NCBI RefSeq assembly: GCF_020745735.1
Contig: NC_083426.1
Span: 12,896,001 to 12,960,000, forward strand
From: Hemiscyllium ocellatum
Lineage: Eukaryota
DNA length: 64,000 bases
Direction of reading: 5' to 3'
This document shows, piece by piece, positions 12,600 through 25,207 of this stretch. The notes below the pieces were generated by a model. That model saw nothing but the letters and a program-made list of their open reading frames with translations. It had not been told where the DNA came from and made no database searches. Position numbers and translations under genes: made by a program. How positions within the stretch are numbered: the first letter of the stretch is position 1; each line of letters starts with the position of its first letter.

Positions 12600-15500
12600 T
12601 AAACAAGCTGCCCCATTTGTGAGGGCAAGGGAGATAAGGGAGAGAGGAGAACTTACATCCCCACAGTAGTGGGAGGGAGGAAATGTGAAATGCTAGTAAC
12701 ACAGGGGCGGTTGTATCTTTGACAAGCTTACTCTTACCCCACACAACTAAAATGATTCACTTAACTGGGGTAGGTGGGGATAAAACACCAGCTTACCGAA
12801 GCAAAACTACCCTCAACTTTACAAATCACCTTGAAACTATTAAAGTAGCTACAGTCACCAGTAGGGACTGGAACCTCGAAAAGGGGGGCATTCGGAGCCA
12901 TCTACACCTCCATCCTCCGAGCATGGGCAGAAACAAAGTTAGATACAGGTCTAGTTAACTTAGACCCGATAAGAGTTCCCGGACTGGAGCATAAACCCCA
13001 CCGGCAATACCCAATAAAACCCGAAGCAGATAAAGCAGTCGTGGAGACAGTGAAAGGACGAGAGAGACAGGGAGTCCCGAAACAAACCACAAGAGCATCT
13101 AATTCCCCGATGTGGCCAGTACTAAAGCTTGACGGGAGCTGCAGGCTCACCATTGATTATACAGGGCTAAATAAGGTCACCCCTAAATTGCACCCCATTG
13201 TAGCAGACCCCTCCACTATTTTAAATAGCTTGGCTCCCGAGTAGAATATTTTTACTGTTTTAGACATAGCCAACAGATTCTGGTCTATCCCGTAATACCC
13301 TGAGTCCCAGAACAAATTCGCTTTTTTCAGTAAGGGACAGGCATATACATGGACTCGCGTACACTAGCGTTCCACAACAGCCCCACTATTTTTCACAGGG
13401 TGATATTCTGAAGACAGCAGATTTGCCAGAGGATAGCACTGCCCTCCAATATGTAGATGATATCCTAATTGCCTCAGAGTCCAAGTCAGGACACCAGGAA
13501 GCTTTATGTTTAGTATTGTAGGAATTGGCAACCACAGGGTTAAAAGTTACAAGGCACAAGGGCACAAATTGGCAAAACACAAGTCTTATACCTGGATACC
13601 TCATATCCAGGGGACTCAAAGAAATGAGCTGAAAATGTGTTGCTGGAAAAGCGCAGCAGGTCAGGCAGCATCCAAGGAACAGGAAATTCGACGTTTCGGG
13701 CATAAGCCCTTCTTCAGGAAAGAAGAAGTGCCCAATGACCGTAAGGCAGCAATCCAACCGATGCCACGACCTGCCACTGTCGGGGAGTGGGGTCAGAAAG
13801 GTCACGGGGCTATTCAACTACAGTCAGCGCTTTATACCCGAATTCACAATTGGCTGAACCGATCCAGAGGTTAATTAAAGGAGGCAAACCCGCTTTGTAA
13901 CATGGGGACCAGAACAGAAGGAGGCATACAGTCAGCTTAAAACTTGACTCATGTAGATCCCAGCAAGGATTTTTACATCCCCTGTAATAATGAGGGAGGG
14001 TTTGACTCCGCAGTGGTCACCCAAGGCCGCGGTAGCAAGAGAAGGCCCGTAGGGTACCACTCAACTACAGAACGGCCAGTAGTCACCGCATTGCCCAGGT
14101 GCATAGAGGCCTTAGACTGTGCTGCTTGGGCCATTAGGGTTAGTGAGCCCATAGTAATGACAGGGAATATCATCCTCTACACTAAACACACCACCATAGA
14201 GATGCTGAACACAGGGAAACTGAGAGCTGTATCCAAAATGAGAAGGGCAAAGTGGGAGGCAGTTCTTTTACCCCCAAGTCAGTCCATGGTAATAGTTAAG
14301 GATACAGGAGAAAACCCAGCTGGGGGAATTCTAGACACAGGGGAACCACACAACTGCGGTGATATAGATGGAGATGAGGATGGGGGGAGAGCAAATGATG
14401 GCCCCATAGACACAACTGAGGAGACCCTCTTCATTGACAGGTCACAAAAATATGTAGCTGGGTCACCACGAACAGGATGGGCTGTGGTAAGTGATAAGTT
14501 AGAAACAGTAATGTCCAAAAGGATTGATGGAAGTCAGTCTGCACAGGTAGCAGAACTGGTAGCACTCACCAAAGCACGTGAACTAACAAAAGGAAAAATT
14601 GTGAATATATATATATATATACACACACGGACAGTCTGTATGTCTTTGGTGTACTCCATGACTATATGGTGACATGGGGTAGAAGAGGGTTCACCACCAT
14701 GGGGGGAGTCCCTATCAGGCACCAATTAAGACATCAGGCACTATTGCGAGCCAGGGAACAGCCAAAAGAGGCTGCAGTAATCAAATAAAACCCCATCAAA
14801 ATGAGCTAGCAAAAGAGAGCCCAGTTTGCTACAGTTCAAAGGACACCAGGCAGCAGGCCGGGCAGCTCAGAGAGCCCTCGAGCAAGAAGCCATCAACGAG
14901 GCTGCAATAGCCACTATTGAATTAGCAAAAGACGCTATCCAAATTCAGCGGCTACAGGAGGACACCCCGCAGGAAACTGCAGGGGGTACTCTAAGGGGAG
15001 GATAGTGGCTGGAGGGGAGCAGATAAGGTGGTAGCACTAGCCTGTATACAGAACACATTGCTTGAACTGCACCACGGACTCTCCCATACAGGTAGAGAGG
15101 CCATGATAGCAAGCCCTGGGAGAGAGTGGTGGTGAAAGGGAATGGGAAGACATGTGGCCAAGTACTGGCACAGATGCATGGTTTGTGCACAACATAACCC
15201 AGAGAGACCCATAAAAGTTAGGATGGGACACCAGCCCAGAACTAGGGGACCCTGGGAACAACTTCAGGTGGATTTTACAGGGCCACTATCACCTTCCTGT
15301 GGGAAAATGTACTGCCTGGTCATCATGGACCAATTCACCCGGTGGGTAGAGACATTCCCAACCAAAAGCTGCACTGCAATCATTGTGGCCAGACTATTAG
15401 CAAAGAAGGTAATCCCGAGGTGGGGGATACCCCTCCACATCGACTCTGACCAAGGGACACATTTTCTGGCAGGGTCATGAAGACTGTCTGCCAAATACTC

Positions 15501-16214
15501 GGCATTAGACAACAATTTCACATTCCTTATCACCCCCAGAGCTCAGGGATGGTGGAGAGAATGAATAGAATGCTCAAAAATACTTTAGCTAAGGCTACAC
15601 AAACCTCAGGCAGAACGTGGGCTGAAGTGCTGCCAACCAGTCTAATGAGATTAACAGCCACCACAAATCAGGCAACAGGGCCAACACCATATGAATTAAT
15701 GACCCCCGGGTGAGCAATGCAATTGCCAGAAACAAGAGTCACAGGTGGCACTGATGTGAATCCACTAAAAGACAAAATTCAGCAATATGTGATAGAATTA
15801 ACCGCCTAATTGAAAGGGGATGCAGAAATCTGTAATTGACAAACAGGACAAAAAGAACAGGACAGGGGAACTCGGAATCTTCCCGGAGGTCCCAGCAGCA
15901 GGAAGCCGTGTCCTGGTGCGAGCACTGCCTGACAAACCAGGCTTTGCCCCAAAATGGAATGGGTCATACGATGTGGGGACACCTGGGCCTGCACAGACAT
16001 TAAAGGAAAAGGCACATGGAAGCACTGGACCCAACTCAAACCATTTAAAGATTCCTGTGACCAAACTAATGTCATTGACCATTCCCCGGGTGCAGAGAGG
16101 AACAGCGAACAAGACGGTCATCCCGGGGCGGGGGGATTGCCGAAAACACAACAGAACAAGACACACAGAAGCACAACTGCACCAACTGATGAAAACAAAG
16201 ACTTTGACTGTTAA
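12600..16214 (+). pseudogene. pol: Retroviral pro-pol, disrupted
   Basis: MLV(D)TGA protease; NSPMWPVLKLDGSCRLTIDY, LDIANRFWSI, YVDD; RNase H SAQVAELVAL; integrase LQVDFTGP..DSDQGTHF..HPQSSGMVERMN. Confidence 0.92.
13627..13720 (-). mobile_element. Short Penelope pseudo-LTR fragment with hammerhead core, inserted in the ERV RT
   Basis: Near-identical to 34210-34304; minus strand CTGAAGA-A-GGGC TTAT GCCC-GAAACGTC. Confidence 0.8.
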
Positions 16215-17254
16215 CTTTATTTTAACTGCAAGAATGTATATACCTGTATGTATTGCACCGTGTTTAAGTGTCATGACTGTTGGGAGCATGTCTTATAGAA
16301 CATACCCTCTTCTATAAAACCCACTTAAGTTTCCATGGGAACCAAACTGTCTGCTACCCACTGGTGTGATCAGTAGAATCCCTCGGTATACAGCAGACAC
16401 CTTGGGAGTGCCGTGTAAGGGAAATACAAACAGGGACTCAAAGGCAAATGTATGCATTTGGGCAGGATCACAGGCCCATGGGGCCAGCTCCCCCAGCCGA
16501 GGGAGGGGATTATATCAGTCATAATTATATTAAATGGCAGAGCAAACTCAAGGGGCTAAATGGCCTACTCCTGCTCCTTGTTCTTATGTTCACACGATTT
16601 TTGTATCGATGAACTGGCCCCATACAGCACTGCACTGTTGGCTCAGACTCTCTAAGCTAATGCATCTTCTAGAGGCAGGGTGTGCTGCTCTAATCTCGGT
16701 CGGTATTTCCAGTGCAGGATTGAGGAATTGCTGCCCTATAGAATAGAGATGTAATGTTTCAGATAAAACATTAAACTCATCTACCATTTCAGGAGGCATA
16801 GCAAGATCCCATCACACCATTTTAAGGAAGAGCATGGGGTTTCTTCCTACTATTCTAACCAATACTTATCCCTCAGCAACATCATTAAAACAAATGGTCT
16901 GGTCAGTAACACATTGTTATTTTCTGTTGTGCGCAAGTTGGCTGATCAATTTACAATATGATATCGGAGACAGCGTTTTGCTAGTATATGGCTCTAAAAT
17001 ATTTTGGGACTTCTCCACTATAAGACCCTGTGCATGATGAAACTATAAGCTTTTTACACATAGTGCCACATCCAGGTAAAGGTTTGGATTATATTAAACT
17101 ACATCAGTGACTGAAGAAGGATCATGGAATAAAGTCATCAAACAAGGTCATCAGGAAACACTGAGGACCCATCGTAATATTGGAAATATAGTCTTTTAGC
17201 AAAGGCATGAATCTCAGGCTCACACAGTCTGTGTTCACGAATGAAGGTAAAGCT

Positions 17255-18010
17255 GAGGAACAGAGAAACATAGCAGCAGGAGCAGGCCATTTGACCCTTC
17301 AAGCCTGCTTCTACTTTCAATATGATCACAACTGATCATTGAACTAATCCCACCTTCCCTCCAAAATACCCCTTGATTCCCTTCAACCACAAGAACTATA
17401 TCTAACTCCTTTTTGAAAACATTCGATGTTTTGGCCTCAGCCACTTGCCGTGGCAGTGAACTGCACAGGCTCATCATTCTCAGGGTAAAGAAATTTCTCC
17501 CTATCTCAGCTCGAAAAAGGTTCACCATTTATCCTTAAACTGTGATTCTTGATTCTGGAATCTCCCCACTATTAGGAACATCCTTTCTGCATCTAAACTG
17601 TCTAGTTTTGTTAAACTATATAGGTTTCTATAGGATGCTCCTCATTGTTCTCACCTCCAGTAAACACAATGCTAACTGGTTCAATTCTCCTCTTGCGTCA
17701 GTCCTGCCATCTCAGGAATTAGTAGACCTTTTGCTGCATCCCCTCCACAGCCAGAACACCCTTCCTCAGGTAAGGAAACCAATAACCCACACTATATTCC
17801 AGATGTGACCTCACCAATGCCCTGTATAATTGCAGCAAGAAATCCTCGTCCCTGTACTTGAATCCTCTCACTCTGAAAGCCAACATACTGAAAGCCATCT
17901 TCTTCACTACCTGCTGCAGCTGTGTGCTTACTTCAAGCAACTGGTGCACTAGGACACCCAGGTCTCATTGAACATTCCCCTTTCTCAATTTACACCCATT
18001 CAATAATTAT
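17255..18010 (-). mobile_element. CR1 LINE 3' fragment
   Basis: LQLYRALVRSHLEYSVGYWFPYLRK; CR1-type tail. Confidence 0.85.
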
Positions 18011-21000
18011 TTGTCTTCCTGTTTTTGCTACCAAAACCTCACATGATACAACATCTGCCATGCAATACCATTGACAGGAAACTCAACTGGACTTGCCACA
18101 GTGGCTACAGGAGCAGGTCAGAGCCTAGTAATACTGCAGTGAGTAACTCACCTCCTGGGTCCCCAAAAGCCTATCCACCATCGACAAAGCAAAGGACAGG
18201 AGTATGATGGAATACCCCTCACTTGCCTAATGCATGCATTGCAACAGCACATAAGCTTCGTACCGTCCAGAACAAGCAGCCCACTTAACAAGCATCATAT
18301 CCACTCCCCCCACCAATAGCACTCAATAACAGAGGTGAACTATACCCAAGATGCACTGCAGAAATTCACCAAAGGTGTTTTGACAGCACCTTCCAAACCC
18401 ACAATCACTTCCATCTACTCGGACACAAGCAGCAGACACATGGGAACACCACCAACTGCAAGTTGCCCTCCTAGCCACTCACCATCCTGTCTTGGAAATA
18501 TATTGTCATTCAATTACTGTTGCTGGGTAAACATTCTGGAATTCCCTCCCAAAGGGCATTGTGGGTCAGCTTACAGCCCATGGGCTGCAGTGGTTCAAGA
18601 AGGCAGCTCACCACCACCTTCTCGAGGGCAGCTAGGAACAGGTCAGAAATACTGGCCCAGCTAGCGATGCCCATGTCCCACAAGTGAAGCAAATAAATTT
18701 GCCCACTCACTAAGATTGGTCCAAATCGCACTGCATCCTCCCCACACTTCACACTTCCACCAAGTTTGTGTCATCTGCAACTTTTGAGATATTACATTTA
18801 GACACTTTCTCTAAATCATTAACGTCTGTTGTGAGAGGCTCGGGTTCTAGTACCGAACCCTAAGACACCCCACCAGACACTACCTGCCTTATTTATTCTT
18901 ACCCTTTGTTTCCTGTCTGCTAACCAAATTTTCCATGAATCTCAGTACACTGTTCACAATCGTATGCACTTGAATTTTATACATTAACCTTCCACGTCAC
19001 ACATGCATAGGAGGAGATCTTCCTGATACCCTCCATGCTGTAGTGAGGAGTTTTCTATTTTAAGATGCATTTGTAGAGCGGCTTCTGTTTCACACAAATG
19101 CTCACTGTAGAGAAATTTTGAGGGAAAATACTGTAGAATTAATAAAGAAAGCAGCACAATGATGGCAAGGTCTGTCCCAGGCTCAAGGGAAACAAATGTG
19201 CCCTCTAGAGGCTGAATGAAGAATCTGCAATTTGTAATTAACAGAGGGAGCTTCAGGGTCTAAGTGATGGTTTATGATACAGGTTGTTCTGCAATAACGT
19301 TCATTTCATTAACATGAGTTCACTATAATGCGATTGATGAAATGGGGACACTGTTCCTATGGTGCAAAGTTTTAAAGTCAAAACTCAATTCCAGCACCAT
19401 TAGTTTAAATGATGCTTATAACATGGGATTGCATGAGAACGGAATGATCATGTAAAAGCAAATCTGACTAGATTCCTATTTCCTGCTTCCTCCCTCATGC
19501 CAGAACTCAAAATTTGAAGAGTTGCATTCTTTCACAACCACAGGCATTCCAAACCATTTTACATCCTGTGATTACTTTTGAAATGTCATTGCTGTTACCA
19601 TGCAGAAAGCAAAACAGCAAACTTGCACGCAGCAACGTTCCCACAAAACAGCACTGAATAAATCAAATCATCTTCTTTTTGTGATTTCCATTGAAGGATA
19701 AATATCGGGAAGGATGCTCAGGAAAAGTGCCTTGCCATCCTTCGAGTCAAGGAACTTTCAGCTCAGAGGCTAGGCATGAATTCAGATTATCAGCTCATCT
19801 GCTCCAGAGGTATATAATGATAACTCTGAACAAGGTCAGTTCAATAATATCTGTACTCATCAGTGTTCAGTTTAGCTGGGTCATTCTTGTAGCTTGTGTG
19901 CAGGATGGATGCCAACCACCAAAGACAGCAATCTGAGCAAGGAACCCTCAGTAGATGACATCCCAAACTTGGGTGTGAAGACAGCATGAAAACTAAAGAA
20001 ACACAGTAACCTAGTCCATGCTTTCTATCCACCTGGGTCAATTGCACACGAGTTTGTGGAATTCACAATCGCAAAGGGTGATGGATACTGGGACACTGAA
20101 TAAATTTAAGGAAGAGAAACAGATTTTTATTTAGTAATGGCTAACAAGATTATGAAGAGCAGGTAGGAAAGTGGAATTGAGGCTGAGATGACAACAACCA
20201 TAAATCATTGTCAAATGTTGCAGCAGGTTCGATGGATTGAAATGCTGATTCCTGCTCATCGTTCTTATGATCTTAGGTTTCAGTGGAATTTCTATCTTCT
20301 GTTACATCTATTTGTGGATGTTTCCTATTGCTTATTATTTCATAATAAGCAGAAGGTTTTTAAAGGCACCAGTGGAAGATTATTTAGATTGGATTAGGCT
20401 CAGGATCTCAAAAGGACTTGGATAACAAATTGTACTTTCTGTCTCATAGAAAGGCCCAAAGAGATTTCTGGCATTTTCCAAGAAACAGTTCTGTTGTTAA
20501 AACAAAGATAGTGAGATTTTGGGTATAAATTATTGTAATCTTTCCCATTCTGTCAGTTCATACAAGATTGCCACGGTTGGTTTCACGAGGATTAAATATT
20601 GTTTAGTGAAAAGGAAGTTTTGAAATGATTTCATATTTCCTTTGTTTTTTTTTCTGCGTATCACATGAAGCAACAACAGGAGTTAGGTATGCATTTATAC
20701 ATCAAAAGCAAATGTGTATTGTCACAGTTTCAAAATTGATCTCCCCATTTTCAGCAGATAGAGGGCACTCGCCTCCATCAGTATCCATTACACTGTCCCA
20801 GTCCAAAAACATGCCATTCAATTTACATGGCCAAGATATATTTGATGAACTGCCAGTTGTGAGAGAGTGGAGAAGTATTATAAACTCATGAGGGGTATAG
20901 AAAGACTTAATGGTACATGTATTTTCCTTAGAATGGAGGATTCCAACATCATGAGGCATATTTCTGAGGTGAGAGGAGAGATTTTTAAAAAGACAAGGAA

Positions 21001-21694
21001 GGCAAATCTTTTGCACAAAGGGTGGTTCGCATGTGGAAAGAACTTCCTGAGGAAGTGATAGATATGGTTGCAATTGAAATGTTTAAAAGACACTTAGATA
21101 AGTACATGAATAGAGAAGGCGGGTGGGACTACTTAGTTTGGGATTATGTTCAGCATGGACTGGATGGACCAAAGGATCTGTTTCTGTGCTGGATTGTCCA
21201 TCCCTAATTGCCTCGAGGGCAGTTTAAGAGTCTGCTACCTTTCTGTGGGTCTGGAGTCACATGTGGGCCAGATCAGGTGAGGATGGCAATTTCTTTCCCT
21301 AAAGGACACTAGTGAATGAAATGGCCTTTTCCAACAATCGGCAATAGATTCATCATCATTGTTAGACTCCTAATTCCAGGTTTTTAAAATAGTGAATTCA
21401 AATTCCACCATGTGCTATAGTGGTATTCGAATCTGAGAACCCCAGGATACTACCTGGCTGTCTGGATTGGGAGTCTAGTTACTTCTTACATTATTTATCA
21501 TTGGGTTAGTGAAACGTTTGCTGCTAACATTTTTTAAAATGATTTTAAAAACAGGAGGAGGTTATGACAGGATGCCAAATTTGCATATCCTTTGAATTGC
21601 TTCCTAAAAGAATGAGGGTGGAAATTAGGCACCTCTTAATCTTAACAGGAAGGTTTGCATAATCAGGCAGGCAAAAGTGAGGACTGCAGTCGCT

Positions 21695-21865
21695 AGAAAC
21701 CAGAGTTTAGATCAGAGTGGTGCTGGAAAAGCACAGCAGGTCAGGCAGCATCCGAGGAGCAGGAAAATCCATATTCCAAGCAAAAGCCTTTCATCGGGAA
21801 TCTTTCCTGATGAAGGGCTTTTGCCCGACACGTTGATTCTCCTGCTCCTCAGATGCTGCCAGGTT
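21695..21865. mobile_element. Short Penelope pseudo-LTR inverted fragment (similar relics at 27325-27470, 42600-42690, 45600-45810, 63430-63620)
   Basis: Shared gtgctggaaaagcacagcaggtcaggcagcatcc segment and/or decayed CTGATGA..GAAA cores. Confidence 0.7.
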
Positions 21866-22099
21866 TGCATGATCAGTCTGTTGCATAGAACCCAAGGGCA
21901 CAGTCCAGATCATCATTCACCCATGTCCTGTTCAGATTTCATTGCGAGCTATCACTAACGTGGAGAAAGTGCCAGCTAATATCAACAAGGTGTCCCCAAG
22001 CCCAAAACTGACTTCCCACTTTGGAAAGCACAAAGACCTCCCACTATTTTGAATCACAAACCCTTCAGGGCTCTAAGTTTTATTTCAGGGTTCGAGTAC

Positions 22100-22330
22100 A
22101 GAATTCAGGACTGATACCTTAGTGCAGCGCTGAGGGTGTGTTGCACTGTTAGAGGTCCCATCATTCCAGTGAGACATTAAACCAAAGTCCCATCTTCCTG
22201 GTCAAGTGAATGGAAAAGATCCCATGGCCTTGTTGAAAGAAACTTAGGGGAGTTAATTCCAGAATCCCAGTCAATGTTTGTCCCTCAACATCACACAAAA
22301 AAAAATTAACTGCTGATTACTTCATAGCTT
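22100..22330 (+). mobile_element. Old Deu-domain-type SINE (relics also ~9150-9360, 16740-16960, 19700-19800, 25760-25960, 43270-43440)
   Basis: gctgagggtgtgttgcactg..gagacattaaacc..aaagatcccatggc core recognised from memory. Confidence 0.5.
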
Positions 22331-23423
22331 TTTTTTAATAGCAGTTTGCAAAATACATTTAATTATATATCCCTTTCATTCCAACAGTGATTGTACTCCA
22401 TCATCAATAAAAGGGCTTTGATACATGCAATAGTTATGAAATAAGCCATATATTTTAATTTTAAAGAAACATTGAAATTTAAAAGTTAAAAAGGAATCAA
22501 TCAATAGAAATTTTTCATTTGGAAGATTTCTTAAAATTTTCTCTGCAACTCTCTCCCCATTTATTTTATTATTTAACAATATCATTCTCCATACATTTAA
22601 TGATTTACCTTAAGCAAAATCTTATTTTTTCCTTCTGATCAATTTGGGATGAGAAGCAAGATATACACAAGACTGATTTTTTTTAAAAGTGAGTAGACAT
22701 TTCCAAAATCAATAAGAAAGGCAAGAACATTGGATATCAGTGATGGGGCAATAAATATGGTTTGTAGTGTATTGTAATGGTGTCAGTTGGTAAAAATGTT
22801 CCAATTTTGAAATGGACTGACTACTGAGCTAATGGGTACAGTTATTAAAATAGTTTTCAAAAGGGAATTCAGTAACTGCTTGAAGAAGAAAAATAATTGC
22901 AGGAATGGAAAATCAGAGGCGTGGAATCCACTGAAACTAGCAGAGACTAGATTGGCTGAATCACCTCCTTCTACCCTATAGAATTTGTTTTATGTCAGAG
23001 GTCTCTGAGTTTGCTTTACTGAAGGAACCTCGAGTACCCAGCCCTCCTTACCACACCTCTTCCAGAATAAGGCAAGTCATGTAAATAATCACAGAAGGTC
23101 ACTGATGCACATTTTTTTTTATCATATTTCTTCCGTATTTTGGCTGATCTTTCTTCAAATTTGTTGTGTAGTTATTGCCCATTGTATTGTGAAACATGAG
23201 TTGCACAAAACATTGGTTAATACTTAAGCTTCTGCAAACAATTTATTGCTTAGTCCTCGAATACAGAGTCTTTTTTTAACTAAGTTCACAATCTTTACTT
23301 TTCACTAACTTCTTGTACAAGTTAAAACTATTTTCTCTCCTTCCTATCAAGATGGATCTGGCAACATATATTTTTACCCAATGTTAAATACTGATTTTTT
23401 TTTTCTCATTCTTTATTACCCTA

Positions 23424-23755
23424 GGGGCAGCACAGTAGCTTAATGGTTAGCACTGCTGCCTCTCAGCGCCAGGGACCCAGGTTCGATTCTAGCTTTCGGC
23501 GACTGTCCGTGTGGAGTTTGCACATTCCGCCCTCCATGTCTGTGTAGGTTTCCTCCAGGTGCTCTGGTTTCTTCCCACAGCCCAAAGATGTGCAGGTTAG
23601 GCTCAATTGGCCATGCTAAATTGCCCCTAGTGTAGGATATTAGTCAGGGGTAAATACAGGATGCGAGAATAGGTTTGGGTGGGTTACTCTTCGGAGGGTC
23701 AGTGTGGACTTGTTGGACCGAAGGGCCTGTTTCCACACTGTAGGGATTCTGATTC
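23424..23755 (+). mobile_element. HE1-type SINE
   Basis: Similar to 5268-5575. Confidence 0.85.
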
Positions 23756-23869
23756 TAATTCAAATTAAATAATTACCACAATAACAGATAGTACATTTCA
23801 AAGTATCTGTTGATATATTTGTGACATGTTTGCTTTCATCTTGAAAATGTAAAGTTGGCATAGACTTAC

Positions 23870-24070
23870 CAGACCATAGGACTGTTTGCTCACTGAAGAA
23901 GAGATGATTGGTGGTGGTTTAACCAGAGACCACCACACCTCAGGCAAGGAGAGAGGTTGAGAAGGAGAGTCTTGTATGGTTACCTCAGGCTATGCAGGAA
24001 TTGAACATATACTGATCGGTATCATACTGCATCTTAAATTAGCTTTCCAGCCAACTGAGCTAACCAATCC
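23870..24070 (-). mobile_element. Third tRNA-derived SINE family (also ~63140-63290 plus)
   Basis: Minus strand ggttagctcagttggc A-box..gttcaattcc B-box; shared ccttctcaacctc..cctgagg body. Confidence 0.55.
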
Positions 24071-24910
24071 TACTTTCATAGCATTTAAGAAGAAACACAA
24101 TTGTTTTAATGAGCTTAATATTCCTTATATTAGTCTTTGTCTTAACTAATTCTTTGTTGTTACTGAAGAAGGGTTAGACCCGGAAAGTTATCTTCTCGAC
24201 CTCCTGAAGCTGTCTGGCTTGCTGTGTTCTTCTAGTCTCCTGCTTGTCAACCTTGATTCTAACATCTGCAGTTTTTTTGTCTCTTTATTACTAACCAGGC
24301 CAGCACTGATTAGTCATCTTAGTTGTACTTGGCAAGTCCATGGTTGACCTTAATCCTGAAGTTTTGTGGCCCATGTTGTGAATATAGGGACTTTGATGGA
24401 GGGAAGATGAAGAGACAACAATTCATGTTCCTAGTAGGGCTGTTGTGTGACCTGGAGTGGAGCATGAAGACAGGACATTCCTATAAATTCTACCTTTCTA
24501 GGAGTTGGCAGTCTCAATTTTGAGAAATCCAATGGTTTTCCTCAGCAATCCTGACCCACGCCATTTTTCTCTCACATTTCCACAGATCAGGAATGTTCAG
24601 TGTGCAAATTATGGTAAGATGGGCATCCCCATTATAAATCAAGGATGAAAATCCAATTTCCTCCCCAACACTGATTTGTCCCGTGGCCCAGGGGTTTGAA
24701 AGTATATTAAAAGCACATCAGATGCAGACATTTGTGTAGAAACTGGAAAGCCTGGTGAGAAGTTAGGACTATTCCAAAATATAAGTGCAAAGTGTGTCAT
24801 TGAGCATTATATTATAATGTGAGTGTGTTTTTAATGCACTGATTCAGCATAAAGATCTGTCCCTGAAAGGTGAATTGACTTTTCCAACTTATGCATTTGT
24901 TCACATACTT

Positions 24911-25207
24911 TGCACTACTTTTCCAACAGAGAAAGGACCACAATGCATTGCCTTTCCAATGGAGAAAGGACCATAATGCAATGCTTTTCTAATTGAGAAA
25001 GGACCATGATGCAATGCTTTTCCAATAGAGGAAGGACCATAATGCATTGCTTTTCCAATGGAGAAAGGACCATAATGCATTGCTTTTCCAACCAAGAATG
25101 CCCCATAATGCAATGCTTTTCCAATGGAGAAAGGACCATAATGCATTGCTTTTCCAATAGAGAAAGCACCATAATGCAAAGCTTTTCCAATGGGGAAAGT
25201 ACCGTAA
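24911..25207. repeat. Minisatellite, 9 x 33 bp (consensus TGCAWTGCTTTTCCAATGGAGAAAGGACCATAA)
   Basis: Units start every 33 nt from 24911 to 25175; 11-aa periodic ORFs. Confidence 0.97.

Larger units (their letters stand above)
10066..16510 (+). mobile_element. Decayed endogenous retrovirus: 5' LTR, PBS, gag, pro, RT, tether, RNase H, integrase; env and 3' LTR not seen
   Basis: Retroviral domain order, second RNase H after tether, YVDD, HHCC and DDE motifs; many stops and frameshifts. Confidence 0.9.

Noticed and set aside
16214-16510. Retroviral env or 3' LTR
   Set aside because: No signal peptide, furin site, fusion peptide or TM; no repeat of 10066-10691; sequence passes into a CR1 tail at ~16513.
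24911-25207. CRISPR-like array
   Set aside because: Head-to-tail tandem units with no unique spacers, no cas genes, vertebrate context.
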